DNA of 64,000 nucleotides from Schmidtea polychroa. Lineage: Eukaryota. Both the position numbers and the translations under genes were made by a program. Below the pieces are notes generated by a model. That model saw only the letters and a list, made by a program, of their open reading frames with translations. It did not search any database and was not told the origin of the DNA. Positions 50,795 through 64,000 of the stretch are shown here, one piece after another; the first letter of the stretch is position 1; the number at the start of each line of letters is the position of its first letter. Location of the stretch: contig CM097885.1 in assembly GCA_044892525.1 (NCBI GenBank), positions 231,942,001 to 232,006,000 of the forward strand, in the 5' to 3' direction.

Positions 50795-51345
50795 ATGGCG
50801 ACCATTCCAACGGATCTGCTTATTGGAAGACTACTTCAAGAAATATTCCACAGAGGAGATGACCTCGAATTATTCATCAAAGAATGTCAGAGGTTCTTCA
50901 AAATAACGAAAACACCGGTGAAGACTTAAATGGTACTAGTCATTACACTTCTGGACAGGACTTTGATCTAAGAATATGAGGCGGCAGAAGGTAAAACCGT
51001 GGAACAGAAATTAAGAGCAGCTTTTCATTGACCAACGTCATTGATTGATGACTTAAAAGAGGCCTTGAACTACGAGCAAGGTAACGTATAAGCTGAAATA
51101 TTTATAGAGAAAATATTAAAAATGACGAAAAAATTGGCCTCACACATTTGGAATGAGGAGGAAATTCAGAAATGTTTCCTGACACGTTGCATAAAAGATA
51201 AAGAACTCAGAAAAGAAATCAAAATGAAAGATCTCAAAACGGCGGAACAGATTAAATAAACTACAAAGAACATAGAAAAAGTTAACAAGGTTATTGAATA
51301 AGTAAACACTGTGAGATCAATACGACCTACAACTGGGGAAAGAAC
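50795..51345 (+). pseudogene. Gypsy gag remnant
   Basis: MATIPTDLLIGRLLQEIFHRGDDLELFIKECQRFF.. continues in one frame through several stops. Confidence 0.8.
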
Positions 51346-51349
51346 TTAT

Positions 51350-52905
51350 ATTTCCAGACTTCAGAAAAGAATTTATATTAGACAGAGACGCAAGCTTCGA
51401 TTCTATTTGAGCAGTTCTTTCGCAAAAGGATGAAAAAGGACATGAACATGTCATTGCATATGGTTCACAAGCGATGAGAAGACACGAAAAAAGATACTGA
51501 ATTACCAGGAAAGAATTATTGGCAATATACTATTTTTGTAAATATTTCAACCATTACTTATATGGTAAAAGATTCTCACTGAGAACGGACCATAAAGCTA
51601 TTACGTTTATGTTAACAACGAAGAAACCAATAACTGCTTAATTCCAGACATAGATCAACTATTTAAGTAGTCTGGATATTAAAATGGAATACAAAAAAGG
51701 GACAAACTATACAAACGCGGATATTCTATCCATGAAAACATGCGGAACATGTGTACAGTGTATGATAGAACACGAAGATCCAAAAACTGGCAAGATTAAA
51801 ACCAGAATATTAACAGTAACAGCAGAAGGTGGATATAACAAGTAGTAAAAAGACAATGTGGAGATTCAAGAAATAAAGAGTAAGTTAGAAAATAAAGATT
51901 GTAAATTCATAATGGAAAACAACACGGTACTAACTAAGCAAGGTAAAATATGGATACCATCAGATAATATACAGAAGATGATAAAAGAAGTACACGCATT
52001 GCTGTACCATGCAGATACATTGAAGTAACGAAATATATCCAGAATAATTTCGACATGGAAAATCTAGTAACGGAAGTAAAAAAGGGTAATTGAGAACAGC
52101 AAAAGATTTCAGAAAATGAAAACGATAACAACCAATACAAAGGAGTAAACTCAAACAATAAAGAGTACTGAACCATTCGAGAAGATATATATGGACATAT
52201 GTGGGTTATTGAAAGAAACGTTCAATAAAAAGAAATATATTTGCGGAATCATTGACCACTATAGTAAATACATCTCATTAACGGCCATAAACAAGCAAGA
52301 CGAGACTCTATTAAATAGATGGATATTAAAGTTTGGAGCTCCAAAAGAACTTCATGTAGATTGTGGGAAGAACTTTGAAGCAAGAAGTATTAAAGAACTA
52401 GCAAAGACAACTGGTATTGAATTAATCTTCTCAAGCCCATATCACCACAACACGAATGGTATTATCGAAAGTCAGTTCAGAACAATAAGAGAGAGTATAT
52501 TTATGCGTCATTGAATGAAGGAGGAAGAAAAAACTGGGCTGATTTAGTACCAGAAATATAATATACTTTAAATGCAACAGTTCAAAAACAAGGGAGTAAT
52601 TCCAGCAGAAATTATATTTGAAAGGAAAATCGACAGAATGAAATGGTACACGAATAAAGGAATAAATAGAGAGGATATGGAAAAGAGAATAGAGGATAAA
52701 ACACTAATGCCAAACGGAATCAAAACAGTTTGAAACTTCGAAATGGGAGATATGGTTTTGACCAAACAAGAAATTAGAAATAAAGACGAAGCAAGGTGGA
52801 AAAAGCCGTTCAAAGTGATAAAGATAAACGGAGCTATTTACTTTAAGATCAACATGGGAAGATGGTAGTTAGAAATGTTGAGAAGATCAAACATTTTAAA
52901 AAAGG
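51350..52905 (+). pseudogene. Gypsy RNase H + integrase remnant
   Basis: FPDFRKEFILD.DAS..AVLSQ..KELLAI..RTDHKA..NADILS; IDHYSKY..KFGAPKELHVDCGKNF..SPYHHNTNGIIE. Confidence 0.93.
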
Positions 52906-53459
52906 GGGATGTGAGGAGTTTAAATTAAAATGTTAAATTAAAATTATTTCATGATTAAATTTTGTAAAATTAAAAGTGAAAATTTAATTATTTGAAATAT
53001 ATTAGAATTGAAATAGTTAAAAATTAAAATGAATATTTTAATTTTAATTTTGAAATAAAATAATTTTTAATAAAATTACAATTCAAGTATGAATGCGGTA
53101 TGTTGATATTTGGTTGAAATTAAAATTTATAAAAAGAAAATGTCCCAAGAATATTTGTTTATATAAGCAGATTTAATGAAATATAATTTTGGATTTATTT
53201 AATTTTAGTAATTTATTTGATGACAGAAGAATTGAATGTTATAGCTTCTAACAAAGACTATGTCACATTTATAGTAATATAAACGTTAAGGAAGCTGTAG
53301 GTGATTTCATCGTTAACTTCATACAAGCAGCGAAATTCTTTCAATCTCAATGCATGTAATTTATCAAAAAAAAGTATTAGATGTCTTTTGTCAATGCATA
53401 ATAATTCAAAGACTTTAATTTAACATCATCTGACAACGCATAGTTTACCATAATTGAGT

Positions 53460-53759
53460 TTAATTTTTAATGAAAATCGACATAAGGATGAATGATGAAT
53501 AATTCAGGAGAGATACTGTTGTTGTATTCTGTTTGTGATATGTAGAAAAATTGTAATGTTGTGCAAGAAATCTGTAGTACCCAGCAGCGTCACCTTTAAA
53601 ACTTGTGTCGGGACTTCTGGGATGATTATCAGTGTAACAATGAGTGTAACTAATGAATTTACAACTTTTATTAAAAAACAAACTTTTCTTACGTTTTCAA
53701 CGATAAAATTTGGTGCGGGATAACGTCTTCGTCGTGGCACGGTGAGTAGGGATCGAACT
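53460..53759 (-). other. Two exon-like segments with a 43-nt GT-AG intron (53650-53692), unassigned protein
   Basis: Spliced open frame EFDPYSPCHDEDVIPHQILSLKT|YTHCYTDNHPRSPDTSFKGDAAGYYRFLAQHYNFST..*; paralogue at ~15610-15850. Confidence 0.4.
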
Positions 53760-54039
53760 CTTAATTTTCTTTCTTATTATTCAATAAATTTTAATAGGAG
53801 TTTATTTCTTCTGTACGGAAAAATTTGGAATTGATGATAGATATCATTATTCAAATGAACTTCAAGAGGCTATTTTGTATACAACTTTATTCTTTTTTAA
53901 ATTTTATTTTTCTATTGATATTTTTTTGTAATTCTCTATAGCAATAATTTACTATAGAGAATTAAACTATATAGTTTTTTTATTTTAAAATAGATAAATA
54001 ATAATAGTAAAAATAAAAATAATAATAAAATTAATAACA

Positions 54040-55089
54040 CACCGTAAAGTTCTGAATATAGTACCCCCCAATAGAGTACCCTGGATACACTAATAGCAAC
54101 ATTTGTCCAAATACAGTACCCCGGGTACAGTAATTGAATTTTTTTTGGAAATTAATTTCGAACTTCATATTGGATTTATGTTTCATGCTAGTTTTATTCT
54201 ATATACTACTAGAACCATTGTGAAAATGGTGTGAAACTTCATCTATTAATAAATCAATTTTTATTTGTTAAACATTATTAAACATGGAGGCCGAAAATAT
54301 AAACGATTTTTGAATATTATAAACAAATATTATAAACAAATTCTCATTTGATTAATTAATTCACCAAACGACATCGATCTTTGTGTTAGCTTGGGTGGTT
54401 CGATGACCACAGATTTAATGTTACGTTTGTTGAAAACATGTTTTCATAAAGAAAAAAGTTTTTTTGGTACTGAAAAGTTACTATTAATAATGGACTTTTA
54501 TGGTTCCCATTTAATAGATGAAGTGACAAAAAAACTAAAGAAGCTATGCAATGCAGAGCCAATTATAATACCTCCAAAAACTACGTCCTTTTACAGCCAT
54601 TGGGTGTTTCAATTAACTATCCATTTAAACATTTTATGAAAGCAGCTTGGAATTATTGACTTATAAATGTTAAAGAGGAATTTACAAAAAAAGGATACAG
54701 GAAAAAACCGACCTATCAAGATATTGTTAATTTCACATCTTCAGCTTTAAAACAAATTTCATCAGAAATATTTGAACGGTCATTTGAGTGTTGCGGAGTT
54801 GGAGAGCTTGGAAAAGAAATATGTTTTGAAAAACTGAATAGCCGACTTCAAACTGTTCTTAAATCAGATGAATCAAATATTGCTGAAATCGAAACCGAAC
54901 CAAATGATACAACTTACGAGCCGGTCGGGGTTAATAAAGCTAATGAATCTGATCTAGAAACTGTTGATGAACATGTAACTGATAGTCTGAGTTTTTCCTC
55001 TGATGATGATGATAAATATGTCAGCGAGACTTCCAGTAAAGTTGATACAGAGGAGCTATTAAAATTGGTTCAGATGAGTAATAAATAAC
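54040..55089 (+). pseudogene. pogo-type transposase, C-terminal DDE_1 remnant with a possible left TIR near 54041
   Basis: MTTDLML..KLLLIMDFYGSH..IIIPPKTTS..FKHFMKAAW..TKKGYRKKPTY..RSFECCG; acidic tail ends 55089. Confidence 0.85.
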
Positions 55090-57869
55090 ACTTTAAAAAA
55101 TAATTAATAAATTTGTATCGGACTATGTTCCTAGTTTTTCTATTATTATATACTGTTGAATTAATGTATATAGTTTTTTTTATTATTAATGAATAATCTT
55201 ATTGTTTTTTGAATTAATAATATAGTTGTTTTGTTTCGTTAACTATATATTATAGAGCAATTATAGAGCAATAGTAGTAGAATTCATATCGTTGATAGGT
55301 TTCTGAGACAGTGAAAGTGCAAATGCTACGTAGTTGTAATTAGTCAGCGAAACTTCTGCATTTCACGATCACCTATGATATAATCAATAAATGTTCTGCA
55401 ACCTGAGATAAGTAACGTGGTAACTTTTCTTTAACCGTCACCCGAACATGCTAGGAATTCTTTAGCTCTATATAAGCTTCACCACAACAGTAATACAACA
55501 ACGATGTCTAACAAGTTCCAAACAAATAACAATAGCCAAACAAAAGAAATCACAGTTTAATTACGTGAATGGATAAGTACCTACTATTGAGAGAAAAGAG
55601 GCGACAAGAGTCCTGATAATCAAGCTAGGAAAATCACAATAAGTTTATTGTTATGAAAGATAGTTGATCCACACATACAGACAGGTGACTCTTGTATGTG
55701 AAGCTCAATTGTCTAACGGAATCCTCAAAAACACTTGCAATCATTGACAAACTTGTGGGAATAGAAATTAATACCCAGACGCATTGTAGAAATTATAATT
55801 ACAAATAAAAATTACAAATATTCGGTTAAAAATAGATAAATTGTTTTAATATTGAAAAATCCAAAAAAAGAAATATGATGGTTAAAGAAAATTAAATTAT
55901 TAAAAATGAACTATTGTTTATTTTACTACAAAGCAAATAATAAACAGGAGTCAATATATTACTTTATATTTGTTTCAATGGTATACAATAAAATTTGTTT
56001 TTATTAAGAAAGTATTTTTATTTAATTTAATATTACATGTAAAACTATAATTGTATTTTAAATTAATTAATCAGTTAATTTAATATATATAAAATATATG
56101 TAAAAATAAAATTATATTTAATTAATTAATTAACCCCAATTCTTAACTGCTACCAAAAAAAATTTATTGAAACCAAAAATGTATTGAAAAATTATTTAAA
56201 GTATGGATATTAGTGTATATTGCGGACAAATTGAAATGTCTAGTGAAATTAATGAAATTGCAAAAATAAGATGTAATTAACTGTATTTAACGTCTCATTG
56301 CTAATGGAAGTGCACAATTAAAGTTTGCTGATGAAATCACTTAACAGGGTGCTTAAAAGAAATTTATTAAAAAATTATAAATTGTCAATAGAAATAAATT
56401 AATAACAGAATAAACTGTAAGTTCGGTCTTGTAATAAAAGGTGACAGAAATATCGCATTTCCAAATAGTATTATCAACAAAATATAGTTAATATCTCACA
56501 AAAAAGGAAATTAAATTAGGAATTTATAAAATATATTTGTGAAAATATCAAAGTGTAAAGTTTCTAATTTTGGTAATTTGTGTAAGAAAGGAAAATTAAG
56601 TTTTTGTTTATATTAATAATGAAAATAAGTGAAATATCAAACAGAAAACCGATTAAACACCAACAGAATAATTAAGTATTTTACTAATTTTTAATTTATT
56701 ATTGAGAGCAATTTTAATCGCAAGGGTATTTGAAAAAGTTATTGACTACAAGAAACAGAATACGCTATACTGTTCTACAGTCTAAATACCTAGTTATAAT
56801 ATTAGTTATAATATAGCCATCATCCTTCAGTCAAAGTTAGCGAAGACGTTAAATCTGAAAGGAATTGGCTGACTGTCTTAAACTGTCTTATTATTTTGAT
56901 GTTTTAAAATTTCCCCATTGCGTCTTTTATATTAACATAATGTCGACCAATTGGGGAGATCTCCTGGTTTTGCAATGTAATGCAACACAGTACTGTATTT
57001 TCAGGATATTTCTGTTGGGGTTCGATACGACAGACATAAAAACAAGGTGAAAATCAATAAAAGCATCAAATTCACCATAATAATTTATAGTACAAAAATA
57101 TTAATTAAAAATCAAAAAAAAATTAAAAAGAAATATTTTCCGAGTAAACTGATATGGGCGGATGCCGAACAATGAGACGAGTTCAAATATAATTAAAAAG
57201 TCAATAGGAGGTCTCTAGAAGGAAATAATTACCGAAAACTAAAATAAATTTAAAAATTAATTAGCTTATAGGAAACCCGAGAAGTGTGAGAGGAGAAACC
57301 TGGTCAATCAAATTAAGTAGAGGCAATCGAATTAGCCGACTAGTAATTAAATTGGGGGAAACTATCAAAAAATAAATAAATTGCCCAAACCAATTAGGTC
57401 GGTAAGAGGAATCCCGGGGGAAAGTATCCAAAATAATTTGATAACGAGATAATAAAATTTACGAGACGGTTTAAAAATGACCGGCAAGTAAACAGAATTG
57501 CCAGTTGGTCGAAAAAGGAAATGTGACAGTAAAGTGAAAAGGAGTAAAAGTGAATTTAATTTAGTGCTAACCAAATCGTTTCGAATCTACCCTATCAGAA
57601 AAGGACATCTCCCGTTGAAAGAAATATTCCTTCGTAAGATTCATGTTTAAATTGAAAAGTGTGCGGAGCAAAAGAGTTATTTAAAGCTGTGTAAAAGGAA
57701 ATTATTTCAAAAAAGTGTATAATAAAAGAAAAGTGTAATTATGATAATTTCGAATAAATATTATTGTGTTGGGTAGTTTGATTTGCTTAATAAAAGAACA
57801 CCTAGGAGTCAGACAATGACACTGACTTGCACAAAATATGAAGTTATGTTTGACAAGCTAATAAGAGTA

Positions 57870-58309
57870 AAATGGTCAAAACAATTTCGAAAATACATTC
57901 AGCAAAGATTATAGATGTAAAGACTCGGTCAGGAAAAACCGTGCCCAGGCCTGAATCTGTTTTAGAGTAAAATAAATATATGAAAGGGTTGATCGAGCTT
58001 ATCAATATCTTTCATATTATAATATTCTCCGGAAGAGTACAAAATGGACGAAAAAAGCTGCATTATATTTTTTGAATTGCGCCTTTTTTAACTCATTTTG
58101 ATTTATAAAAAATTAAAAAATATGATAATAAAATATAAAAGATTTTTATTTGAAGCTGCAATATAAATTATAAAATTAAACGAAATTCCAAAATATCCTC
58201 AGACAATTTAAAATCCATTTTGCTAAAAAATGTATATATTCGATATATTTGTGAAAGCTGTGACGTACCATTGCACAAACTTACATATTTACAGCGATAT
58301 CACACTTAA
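57870..58309 (+). pseudogene. piggyBac transposase C-terminal fragment
   Basis: ISKIHSA..KTRSGK..RPESV..NKYMKG(V)DRAYQYLSYY..KWTKK..NCAFFNS; Cys-rich tail RYICESCDVPLH..RYHT*. Confidence 0.85.
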
Positions 58310-58934
58310 AAAAACATTAAATTTTATGTCATTTCAATTAAAATATATGAATATTAATTATCGCATTATTATTTTATTATTTTAAATGTTTTTAAAAACT
58401 TCATTGTTGTCTACATTTGAGAATGTCACTAGTTGCCGCTTGTAAAAAATGCGCGTTGGCAATCTCATAATTAGAGGCTTTTAACTTTTGATAATATAAT
58501 GTGCTGATATTTTAAAACAAAATTTCTACAATTTAAAGACATTTTGTTTATGTGGAAAATTCTACTTTACTTCAAAAATTACATAAATAAAAAATATTAA
58601 TTACAGGTAAATTAATTAATGCTTAAATAAACAAATAATTATATAGTGTTCAACTATTATTGGGGATTTCATAATCTTAACTATTTAGATTTTTCATGAT
58701 AATGTCAACTTGAAAGTAGCCTCTGTCTTTTGTTACTGACGAAAACAGTGATGTTTTTGCTCAAAAAAATGGAAACATGTGTTAATCTAATCAAACAAAA
58801 ACCACTCACCGAATAATTAAGATTCTGAAAGAAGTACAGGATGTAATAAATCAAAAGGTATCAAGTAAACATCTACCAAGATTCAGTAGAGTTAATATAG
58901 AAATTAATTATGAAATTGTGTTGATATGAAATAT

Positions 58935-59032
58935 CAGCGTTTCACAAACCTTTTGACCGTGCCTTGGTACGAGATTTTAAAACCTTTCAGTGATCCGGTG
59001 CAGGGTCGCAACCCACACTTTGGGAAACGCTG
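58935..59032. mobile_element. 98-bp hAT (Buster-like) MITE
   Basis: TIRs CAGCGTTTCACAAA / TTTGGGAAACGCTG; flanks TGAAATAT / TGATATAT (7/8). Confidence 0.85.
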
Positions 59033-60150
59033 TGATATATGATTGTCAAAGTTGTTCATATGAAAAAATTATTCCAACACCAATTGAACCTTTACCAGGG
59101 TGTGTCACAGTAAAATTTATTTCGTTTCAAGAAAGGAAAAAACAACATTTGATTATGAATAGTAATTTAAAGTTAATAAAGTTAAAGTAAGTAAGTAAAG
59201 TAAGATCAATGTCAAAAATGAAATTGTTAATAATAAATTACATAGTAGCTGAAAATGAAAGAATATTTATTAATATTGGTATTAGTATCATTCAAAATGC
59301 ATTGAATATTGGTTCAAAGATACGGAAGGGAAACGATCAGAAAACAATGAGCATGGATTGATCTGATCCTGAATTATCATTCAAAATTAATAATAAAACC
59401 AGTGATTAAACTAGGAAACAGATATTATATTTGATTTGCAATTTTATAATATTTTTAATCATTTAATCCAATATATAAACTTTAGAATTAGTCTTCTTTT
59501 GAAAATAATTATCACTCACTTTTTACCAAAAAACAAAATTTTCCAAAACACATCTATTTTTCTCATTCGACATTTAGTATTTCTTTTAATAATTAATTAT
59601 TCAATTATAATAATTTAAATAAAAAATAATAATAACTACTAACAATTGTAAATTGATGCGCTTCTCTTGTGTTTATTTAATTTAATAAAGCATATTTAGT
59701 TTCTATTTAAACAAACTCTAAATGTTTCCTTTGATCTTTATGCGATATAACGTCAAAAGACTTTAAAGAAGAGAATCATTAATTTATCAAAATAAGTTTT
59801 CAGATATGTATATTATTAATTATATTTATTTAAAATTAAATTGAATGAANNNNNNNNNNNNNNNNNNNNNNNNNNNNNNNNNNNNNNNNNNNNNNNNNNN
59901 NNNNNNNNNNNNNNNNNNNNNNNNNNNNNNNNNNNNNNNNNNNNNNNNNNNNNNNNNNNNNNNNNNNNNNNNNNNNNNNNNNNNNNNNNNNNNNNNTTTC
60001 TAGGTTTTTTCAATGCTTGTTCAACTATAAATAATTTTATACAAGTATATTAAATAATCAAGAAATAAGAAATACGAACAAAACCTTTAAAATTTCGAAT
60101 ATACAGATGCTACATTTTTATACCAAGTTTTCAACACTCCAAACTTTTAT

Positions 60151-61195
60151 TCAAAAAAATCCACAAGTGTAGGCCAACTCCATGAACTCCCGCATGTGTA
60201 CGTACAACACATTCATGTCAAGACTAATATCTTCATTCTTTTCACTCAAACTTTCCGCAGCAAACTGTTTAATATCCGAATTCGTCTGTGGTAGTGGTCT
60301 TTTATTAAAATATCTTGCTTTGAGAACACTAAAAAATTCTTCAATTGGATTTAATGCGGGCGAGTAGAGGGGGTATAAAATCAAAAGCAATGTTTTTTGA
60401 ACTAAAAAAATCTCTTATAGAAGTAGATTTGTGAAATCTTACATAATCCATCAAGACAATTTAATTTCTAAAATCAATACCTTCTTCCACAGACTCATTC
60501 ATGAAATCCTGAAGACTACTCGCATTAAAAGCCCCGTCTATTAATTTATATGTTAAAAATTAGAAAATTCAATTAGAAAATTCAAAACCATGAAGCTTAC
60601 ATTCATTCCTCTTGGTTTCGCAGGAACATTTACCGGGGTATTCTTCGGTGAATATCCGTAATTCATCATCGTGTGAAGATTAAATCCTTTTTCGTCGAGA
60701 TACAATAATTTAGAATTTGGAGTATTTCTATATTTTATCGAAAAAAAACTTTCGTTCATTAATTATTTGCAGATCAACCGCATTTTCATATACATTGTTT
60801 ATTCTTTTCTTTGTTATCTCTACATCTTTTAATTTCTTGCGAGATTGTTGGTTGAGATGCTTTAATATTATTTTCTTCCAATTATTTCTTCATTACACTT
60901 TGCGTTAAAAGTGGGTCGTCTAGGATAATTCTCTGCAACTAAAAAAGTATGTTACAATCACTTAAAACAGCCCTGCCCTTCTTCTTTATCAAAGTCGATA
61001 AGTTAATATCCTCAACCTTACACCTTTTAATCTCCACAAATCGTTTCTGAACAGTTATAATTGATAGATTAAAATTCCGAGCGATTTTTACGAAAGAATC
61101 GCTATCTTTACGCATTGCATAAATCGTTTCAAGATCTTTTACAATAAGTGTCGTTCTGGTGTTACGCCTCCTGGTTTCATTGTGTTGTTTTCCAT
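60151..61195 (-). pseudogene. IS630/Tc1-type DD34E transposase, decayed
   Basis: LLYLDEKGFNLHT..NYGYSP..GAFN..LMDYVRFHK..P(P)YSPALNPIEEFFS; 34 residues from D to E after correcting a 1-nt insertion. Confidence 0.9.
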
Positions 61196-61322
61196 CGTGG
61201 GTATTTTAAAAGATTTAGGTTGAATTACGTTTTAGTAAATAAAAATAATAACACAAATTAGTCGTGTAATAAAATTGTGGGATAATGATTAATTTAAACA
61301 ACGAAAACAACGACCGACGAAA

Positions 61323-61372
<50 letters not shown>

Positions 61373-63375
61373 TGTAATTACAATAATAATTTAAAGGGTT
61401 TGAATTCTTTCAAATAATTATTTAATTTAATAAAGGTAAATTAAAACACTGTTGGGAAACATAATAAAGAAACATAAAAACGTTGCAAAAACTAATTTTA
61501 AATTAATTAACTATATTAATAAAGATTAATTAATAAATTTCAGAAATAATCAATGTAAATGTGTATTTGTTAATAAATTAAGTGAATGAAAATAATGTTC
61601 ACTTTCGGGGGGTTGAAAAATAAAGTATTAAATCAATTAATTATTTTGATTAATATATTTGTTGTAATATGATTAATAAAAATCTTTGAGATCGAAAACA
61701 AATTTAAGTATCAGGAACGTTAATTTATGTTATGAAAATTATTAAAATAACTTTTTTAAAATTTACTAAAATTGCCATTTTGACAGAAAAATTAAAAAAT
61801 TCATAAATTTCAAAAATATTAATAAAAACTGCAAATTAAAGTTGCATAAAATTGCAATACAATTCGCAACCTTTATTAAATATCCTTTATTATGGAATCA
61901 TTACCAGTTCTGTAGAGAGTACAAAATTGTGAAATGATTATGAAAATACGTTTTGAAAGTTTGTAACTTAAATAAAGTTTCAATATTGTTGTATTATGAA
62001 ATTCATTTTTCTGGTCAACAATGTAATTTACTTGTAAGTTAATAATTTTCGATTGGTATACCTCTTATAAAATATTTCCAATTAAAGATGTGCCAACAGA
62101 ATATATCCAATTATTGCTAAATCTCAAGTTTTATGAAAATAAATATTGTTTGACTTTAATATTATAATTAATAATACAATTTTATTTATTTTCATTTTGA
62201 CAAAGGATATTTTTTATTATAGTCAATACAAATTTTCGGTTTATCCTTATTAACACTTGATAAAGACAAAGTCAAAAATTTGTGTTGAGTATAATAAAAA
62301 ATATATAATAAAAATATAATATAAAAAACAGATCAAAAAGAATCAAAAAAATGATGAATTTTTACTGATAATAATATAACGTTTTGTAATGAAAGGAAAT
62401 AAATTTAAAAAAGTAAAATAATTAAAGATCTCATTTTTGTATAATAATTCATTAAATAAAACAATTTTAATAAATCAATAAAATTTATAAATTATTTGAA
62501 ATTTGTTATATTTCTCACAAAACTTTGAGAATTAATTTTGACACTAATCATAAATCATCACTTACTTTTGAATTGTTTCTCCTTTTGAATTCTCCATTCT
62601 TCGCTAAAATTAATTTATAATTTAATATATACCATTTAATATGCGGATCTGCCAATGATTGGATTTTTCAAATAATATTCAATTTGTCTCATATTTTTTA
62701 ATGAATTTATATGAAAATATCTCATTTTTCACATAATTTTACTTAAATATTTTATTTTTATTGAAGTTCGTTGAAATAAATAATTAACTCAATTTTAATA
62801 TTATTTAATTAATAATTGAAAATATAATAAACAGAGATTATATATTGAATTTATTATATTTGAATAATAAAATATTTCAAGAATATTTCAACTTGAAAAG
62901 CATAAATTTGACAATTCTAATCTTAATTCTATCAAAATATAAATTCATTTTATTCATGATGTAACTTGGATAAACTTTCTACGATTTTTGAATAATTTAT
63001 AAAACTGATTTTCTATTGACAACGCAACAATTTTCTTAGGGGAAACTTCAATCTGTTTTGAATTAAAATGATTTATATATGTAGCCTTTTATAATCACGG
63101 CGAGATGTTTCTTCCTGGGTCTTCTTTTATTGTAAAGGTAAAATTTTATATGTCTTATTTAATACCTATATCAATCGTATTCAAAATTATATAAAAACTA
63201 ATTAAAAATTTCAAATGCCTTACTAAAGAAATAAACACAAAATATTTTTTTTAAATATTATTATTGGAATTACTTACACACGTGTTTTTCAAATAATTTA
63301 ATAACTTTAATAAATATTAATAAATAAATTTAAATAATTTCGACCACTACTTTTTTTTGCTTTTATAATCCGCAC

Positions 63376-63795
63376 TTGTCCGACACTTGTGATAAGTCAT
63401 TTTTCTCATTCTTGTCTCTCCATAATTTGTACAGCTCCTGTGTTATCACTGATAGTCCGGCATTCGATATAGTTAGTCATTTTTTTCATTTTTACTTCTG
63501 GCATTTTCCATATTTTTTTCTATTTTCCACGTTATCTCTGAAAGTTCGGAGACGCCGATTTTGTTTTCATGTTTTGTTTTTATTTTCCAATTTTAGAATT
63601 CTTTTTTTAATTATAAGTGGCCTTTCTCAGCTATATTTATTTTGTTTTTTCATTCCTTTCTCATTTCTCTATTTTGCTTTTCTGTTCTCTTCTCCAAGTT
63701 TCAGAGTGCTATCCCTATCACCCTATCGGTTTTCCCCCCAAATTATTCTAATTATTCATAATATTATTTATTTTTTAAGTATCCTCAACAAAATG
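63376..63795. repeat. Diverged paralogue of 16140-16830
   Basis: See the 16140 feature. Confidence 0.45.
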
Positions 63796-64000
63796 AAATA
63801 AATTTCATCAAACTATATTTTACATAATTAACATAAAATTATATTTTGAGTGAAAATTTTATTTTTACATATTATAATGCAAAAATGAATAAAATCAAAT
63901 GTACCCAAATCCAAGAAATTGTAGTTGAAAATCATTATAATTAAAAAAGTAAAATTAACTAAAATATTATTAAATTTTAAAATATAAAATTATAATTATA

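Larger units (their letters stand above)
50514..53253 (+). mobile_element. Gypsy LTR retrotransposon, internally deleted (lacks protease and RT)
   Basis: LTRs 50514-50795 and 52910-53253 (TG..CA; 3' LTR has 62 extra bp), TSD AAGAC, PBS TGGCGACC, PPT AAAAAGGGGGA. Confidence 0.96.

Noticed and set aside
50795-52905. RIP/APOBEC-like C->T hypermutation in the Gypsy element
   Set aside because: Many CAA->TAA stops, but apparent GGA->TGA changes also occur here and in pogo; consistent with general AT-biased decay. Needs a consensus to test.
1-64000. Uni-strand piRNA-cluster-like organisation
   Set aside because: TE fragments lie in both orientations; nothing distinguishes it from an ordinary TE-rich region without small-RNA data.

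Overview
Very AT-rich (about 75% A+T by eye) eukaryotic draft-assembly scaffold with five N gaps. It is mostly a transposable-element graveyard, and I cannot support any intact host gene. Polinton/Maverick remnants: pPolB, packaging ATPase and RVE integrase fragments, plus 3-4 AGTAG-type termini. One deleted Polinton carries a divergent TATA-binding-protein (TBP)-like gene, the most notable finding. Retroelements: three Penelope-like elements, two of which belong to a family with minimal hammerhead-ribozyme motifs in the pseudo-LTRs, and a complete-ended but PR/RT-deleted Gypsy element with a 5-bp TSD. DNA transposons: a near-intact, GC-discordant hATm-type element in a (TA)n tract, mariner, Tc1 (DD34E), two pogo and piggyBac fragments, several hAT MITEs and a foldback repeat family. 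Also present are satellites apparently derived from a Polinton terminal repeat and a few unassigned, probably host-derived exon-like paralogues. The TE repertoire resembles AT-rich invertebrates such as planarians, but the species cannot be determined from this sequence. All family calls are from motif recognition by eye, not database searches; boundaries are approximate unless a TSD or TIR fixes them.
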